Below are positions 35,075 to 37,205 of a stretch of DNA of 37,205 nt, one piece after another (the first letter of the stretch is position 1; every line of letters begins with the position of its first letter). Under the pieces are notes generated by a model. It saw only the letters and a program-made list of their open reading frames with translations. It was not told where the DNA came from and ran no database searches. Both the position numbers and the translations under genes were made by a program. This stretch comes from Gammaproteobacteria bacterium (GTDB lineage: Bacteria; Pseudomonadota; Gammaproteobacteria; Chromatiales; Chromatiaceae), in NCBI GenBank assembly GCA_007135625.1, contig SLIM01000028.1, positions 1 to 37,205 of the forward strand, written 5' to 3'.

Positions 35075-37075
35075 ATGCCCGGACTTAACCCAAATCAACA
35101 AGAGGCGGTAGACCACTTCGGTAGCCCGCTGCTCGTCCTTGCCGGGGCCGGCTCGGGGAAGACCCGAGTGATTACCCAGAAAATTGCCCATCTGATTGCT
35201 GAACGCGGGATTGAGGCTCGCCATATCGCAGCGGTCACTTTTACCAATAAGGCGGCTCGCGAAATGGCCGAGCGGGTCGCCCAACGGGTGCGCGGGCGGG
35301 CAGCTCGCGGGCTGACGATCTCCACTTTTCACCATTTGGGACTTAAAATTATTCGGCGTGAGCTAAAGACGTTAGGTTATAAATCGGGGTTTTCGATTTT
35401 TGATGCGCAAGATAGTGAGACCCTGCTCAAGGAGATGATCAAGCAGCATCAGCAGGATGATCGTGTGGCGACGACCCAGCAGTGGCGTATCTCCCATTGG
35501 AAGAGTGGGCTGCTAACTCCGGAGCAGGCACTCGCTCAGGCCGAAGATGAGCTAGAGCAGGGTAGCGCACTGCTCTATCGCGATTACCGACGGGCGCTGC
35601 GGGCCTATAATGCGGTTGATTTTGATGATTTGATCCTCTTGCCGGTACTGCTTTTTCGGGAACATCCGGCGATCCTCGATCAGTGGCGAGAGCGCATCCG
35701 CTATCTGCTGGTCGATGAGTACCAAGATACCAACAGCGCCCAGTATGAGCTGGTGCGCCAACTGGTCGGAATCCGCCGCGCTTTTACCGTGGTTGGCGAT
35801 GACGATCAGTCGATCTACGCCTGGCGCGGGGCCAGGCCGGAGAACTTAGCCCTGCTGAAGGAGCATTTCCCCGACTTGAAACTGATTAAACTGGAGCAGA
35901 ACTACCGCTCCTCGGTGCGTATTCTGCGCACCGCTAACCGCTTGATTTCTCACAATCCGCACCTCTTTGAGAAGCGGTTGTGGAGTGATTTGGGGGCGGG
36001 GGATCCGGTGCGAGTGCATGAGTGCGGCAATGAGGAGCAGGAGGCGCAGTGGGTGGTTGCCGAGCTGCTGAACGGGCACTTGACCCGCGCTGGCCGCTAT
36101 GGCGATTACGCCATTCTCTACCGCAGTAACCATCAGGCACGGCTGTTTGAGGGGGAGCTGCGTCGCCATGATATTCCCTATTTTCTCTCTGGCGGAACCT
36201 CTTTTTTCGCCCGCACCGAGATTAAAGATGTTCTCTCTTATCTGCGCCTGGTCACCAATCCCGAGGATGATGCCGCTTTTTTGCGCATTGTCAATACGCC
36301 ACGTCGTGAGATCGGCTCTGCCACCCTAGAGCGCCTCGCCCACCATGCCGGTGAGCGGGAGTCGAGTCTGCTCGCCGCAATCGCCGATCCCGCGCTGGAA
36401 GCGTCGATCCACGGACGACCTTTGCAGCGCCTGCGCAGCTTTGCCGCGTGGGTGGGGCGTTTCCGTCAGCGGGTGCAGCAGCAGACCATGGAGACGGTGC
36501 AAGCTATGCTGCGGGAACTTGACTATTCCGCTTGGATACGCGAGAAAAGCTCTAGTCGTAAGGCTGCTGAGCGCCGGATTCGCAATGTCCTGGAGCTGGT
36601 CACTTGGCTGGAGCGTCTCCATCAGAAGGATCCTTCACGCACCCTTGCGGATCTGGTCAATCACCTTGCGCTGCAAGATATTTTGGATCAGCAGAGCGAG
36701 GAGGAGAATCAGGATAAGGTGACGCTAATGACTCTGCACTCGGCAAAGGGGTTGGAGTTTCCCCATGTTTATCTGATTGGTATGGAGGAGGAGATTCTTC
36801 CCCATCGTGGCAGTATTGATGAGGATCGAATCGAAGAGGAGCGCCGCCTTGCATACGTCGGGATCACCCGTGCGCAGCGTACCTTAACCATTACCTACTG
36901 CGCCCGGCGGCGGCGCTATGGGGAGGTGATCAGTTGTGAACCGAGTCGGTTTTTAGAAGAGATGCGGGGTGAAGAGGTGGTGTTTGAGCGACGTGGCGAA
37001 AAACCGGATCCGGAGCAGCAGCGACAACGAGCCACCGCTCACCTCGCCGGCCTGCGGGCGATGCTAGAGGGGTAG
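35075..37075 (+). CDS. rep: ATP-dependent DNA helicase Rep (UvrD/Rep SF1 family)
   Basis: LNPNQQEAVDHFGSPLLVLAGAGSGKTRVITQKIAHLI (motifs Q/I), VDEYQDTN (II), TLHSAKGLEFPHVYL (V) and YVGITRAQ (VI). 666 aa, close to the length of E. coli Rep. Confidence 0.9.
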   Translation: MPGLNPNQQEAVDHFGSPLLVLAGAGSGKTRVITQKIAHLIAERGIEARHIAAVTFTNKAAREMAERVAQRVRGRAARGLTISTFHHLGLKIIRRELKTLGYKSGFSIFDAQDSETLLKEMIKQHQQDDRVATTQQWRISHWKSGLLTPEQALAQAEDELEQGSALLYRDYRRALRAYNAVDFDDLILLPVLLFREHPAILDQWRERIRYLLVDEYQDTNSAQYELVRQLVGIRRAFTVVGDDDQSIYAWRGARPENLALLKEHFPDLKLIKLEQNYRSSVRILRTANRLISHNPHLFEKRLWSDLGAGDPVRVHECGNEEQEAQWVVAELLNGHLTRAGRYGDYAILYRSNHQARLFEGELRRHDIPYFLSGGTSFFARTEIKDVLSYLRLVTNPEDDAAFLRIVNTPRREIGSATLERLAHHAGERESSLLAAIADPALEASIHGRPLQRLRSFAAWVGRFRQRVQQQTMETVQAMLRELDYSAWIREKSSSRKAAERRIRNVLELVTWLERLHQKDPSRTLADLVNHLALQDILDQQSEEENQDKVTLMTLHSAKGLEFPHVYLIGMEEEILPHRGSIDEDRIEEERRLAYVGITRAQRTLTITYCARRRRYGEVISCEPSRFLEEMRGEEVVFERRGEKPDPEQQRQRATAHLAGLRAMLEG

Positions 37076-37084
37076 GAGGGGATT

Positions 37085-37168
37085 CGAGGTGCGAGGTACG
37101 AGGTGTGAGGTACGAGGTGCGAGGTGCGAGGTGCGAGGTACGAGGTGCGAGGTGCGAGGTGCGAGGTA
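37085..37168. repeat. Heptanucleotide microsatellite, 12 units of CGAGGTR, with a higher-order 28-nt unit
   Basis: The array runs cgaggtg cgaggta cgaggtg tgaggta (cgaggtg x3 cgaggta) x2 and starts 10 nt after the rep stop. Confidence 0.95.
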
Positions 37169-37169
37169 C

Positions 37170-37205
37170 TCCGTCCACTCTATCCACTTCGTCCACTTCG
37201 TCCAC
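37170..37205. repeat. Nonanucleotide tandem repeat (4 units, TYYRTCCAC), truncated by the window edge
   Basis: tccgtccac tctatccac ttcgtccac ttcgtccac. Confidence 0.85.

Noticed and set aside
36930-37205. 91-aa minus-strand ORF with PRTSHLA repeats
   Set aside because: It is a translation artefact of the heptamer and nonamer microsatellites and the 3' end of rep.

Overview
This is a GC-rich (roughly 60%) chromosomal segment with gammaproteobacterial-type synteny (yffB-dapE, ilvIHC, rep). I found no transposase, integrase, cas or recognisable defence genes.

**Left 9 kb.** One minus-strand chemosensory operon: a PatA-type (DUF4388/PATAN-like + REC) regulator, a CheB-like protein, a 1065-aa MCP, CheW, CheY and a multi-Hpt CheA/ChpA-like kinase. 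The kinase ORF runs off the left edge, so it is absent from the supplied ORF track. No CheR is present, and the CheB-like protein has Ala where the nucleophile Ser is expected.

**Middle.** A porin-like OMP, a SPOR protein, yffB-dapE, a two-gene BCR/HAD-type radical enzyme pair (577 aa + 1170 aa), then ilvIHC.

**22.5-28.9 kb.** The most unusual part is a tightly coupled, compositionally aberrant six-gene minus-strand operon. It encodes an S24-like domain protein, a pteridine-reductase-like SDR, a GtrB/ArnC-like polyprenyl-phosphate glycosyltransferase, an acetolactate-synthase-like ThDP enzyme, a 611-aa His/Gln/Pro-rich GT-A-like protein and a small sulfotransferase-like protein. The operon ends in a 75-bp tandem duplication. 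I cannot assign it a pathway.

**Right part.** A GAF-HD-GYP phosphodiesterase and two tandem di-haem cytochrome c peroxidase paralogues whose 5' ends both carry repeats. One of these is a three-unit array with exact 28-bp repeat / 32-bp spacer (CRISPR-like) geometry. Then DUF2782, a LOG-family protein, rep, and heptamer/nonamer microsatellites running off the right edge.

All calls rest on motif recognition by eye; no database search was possible.
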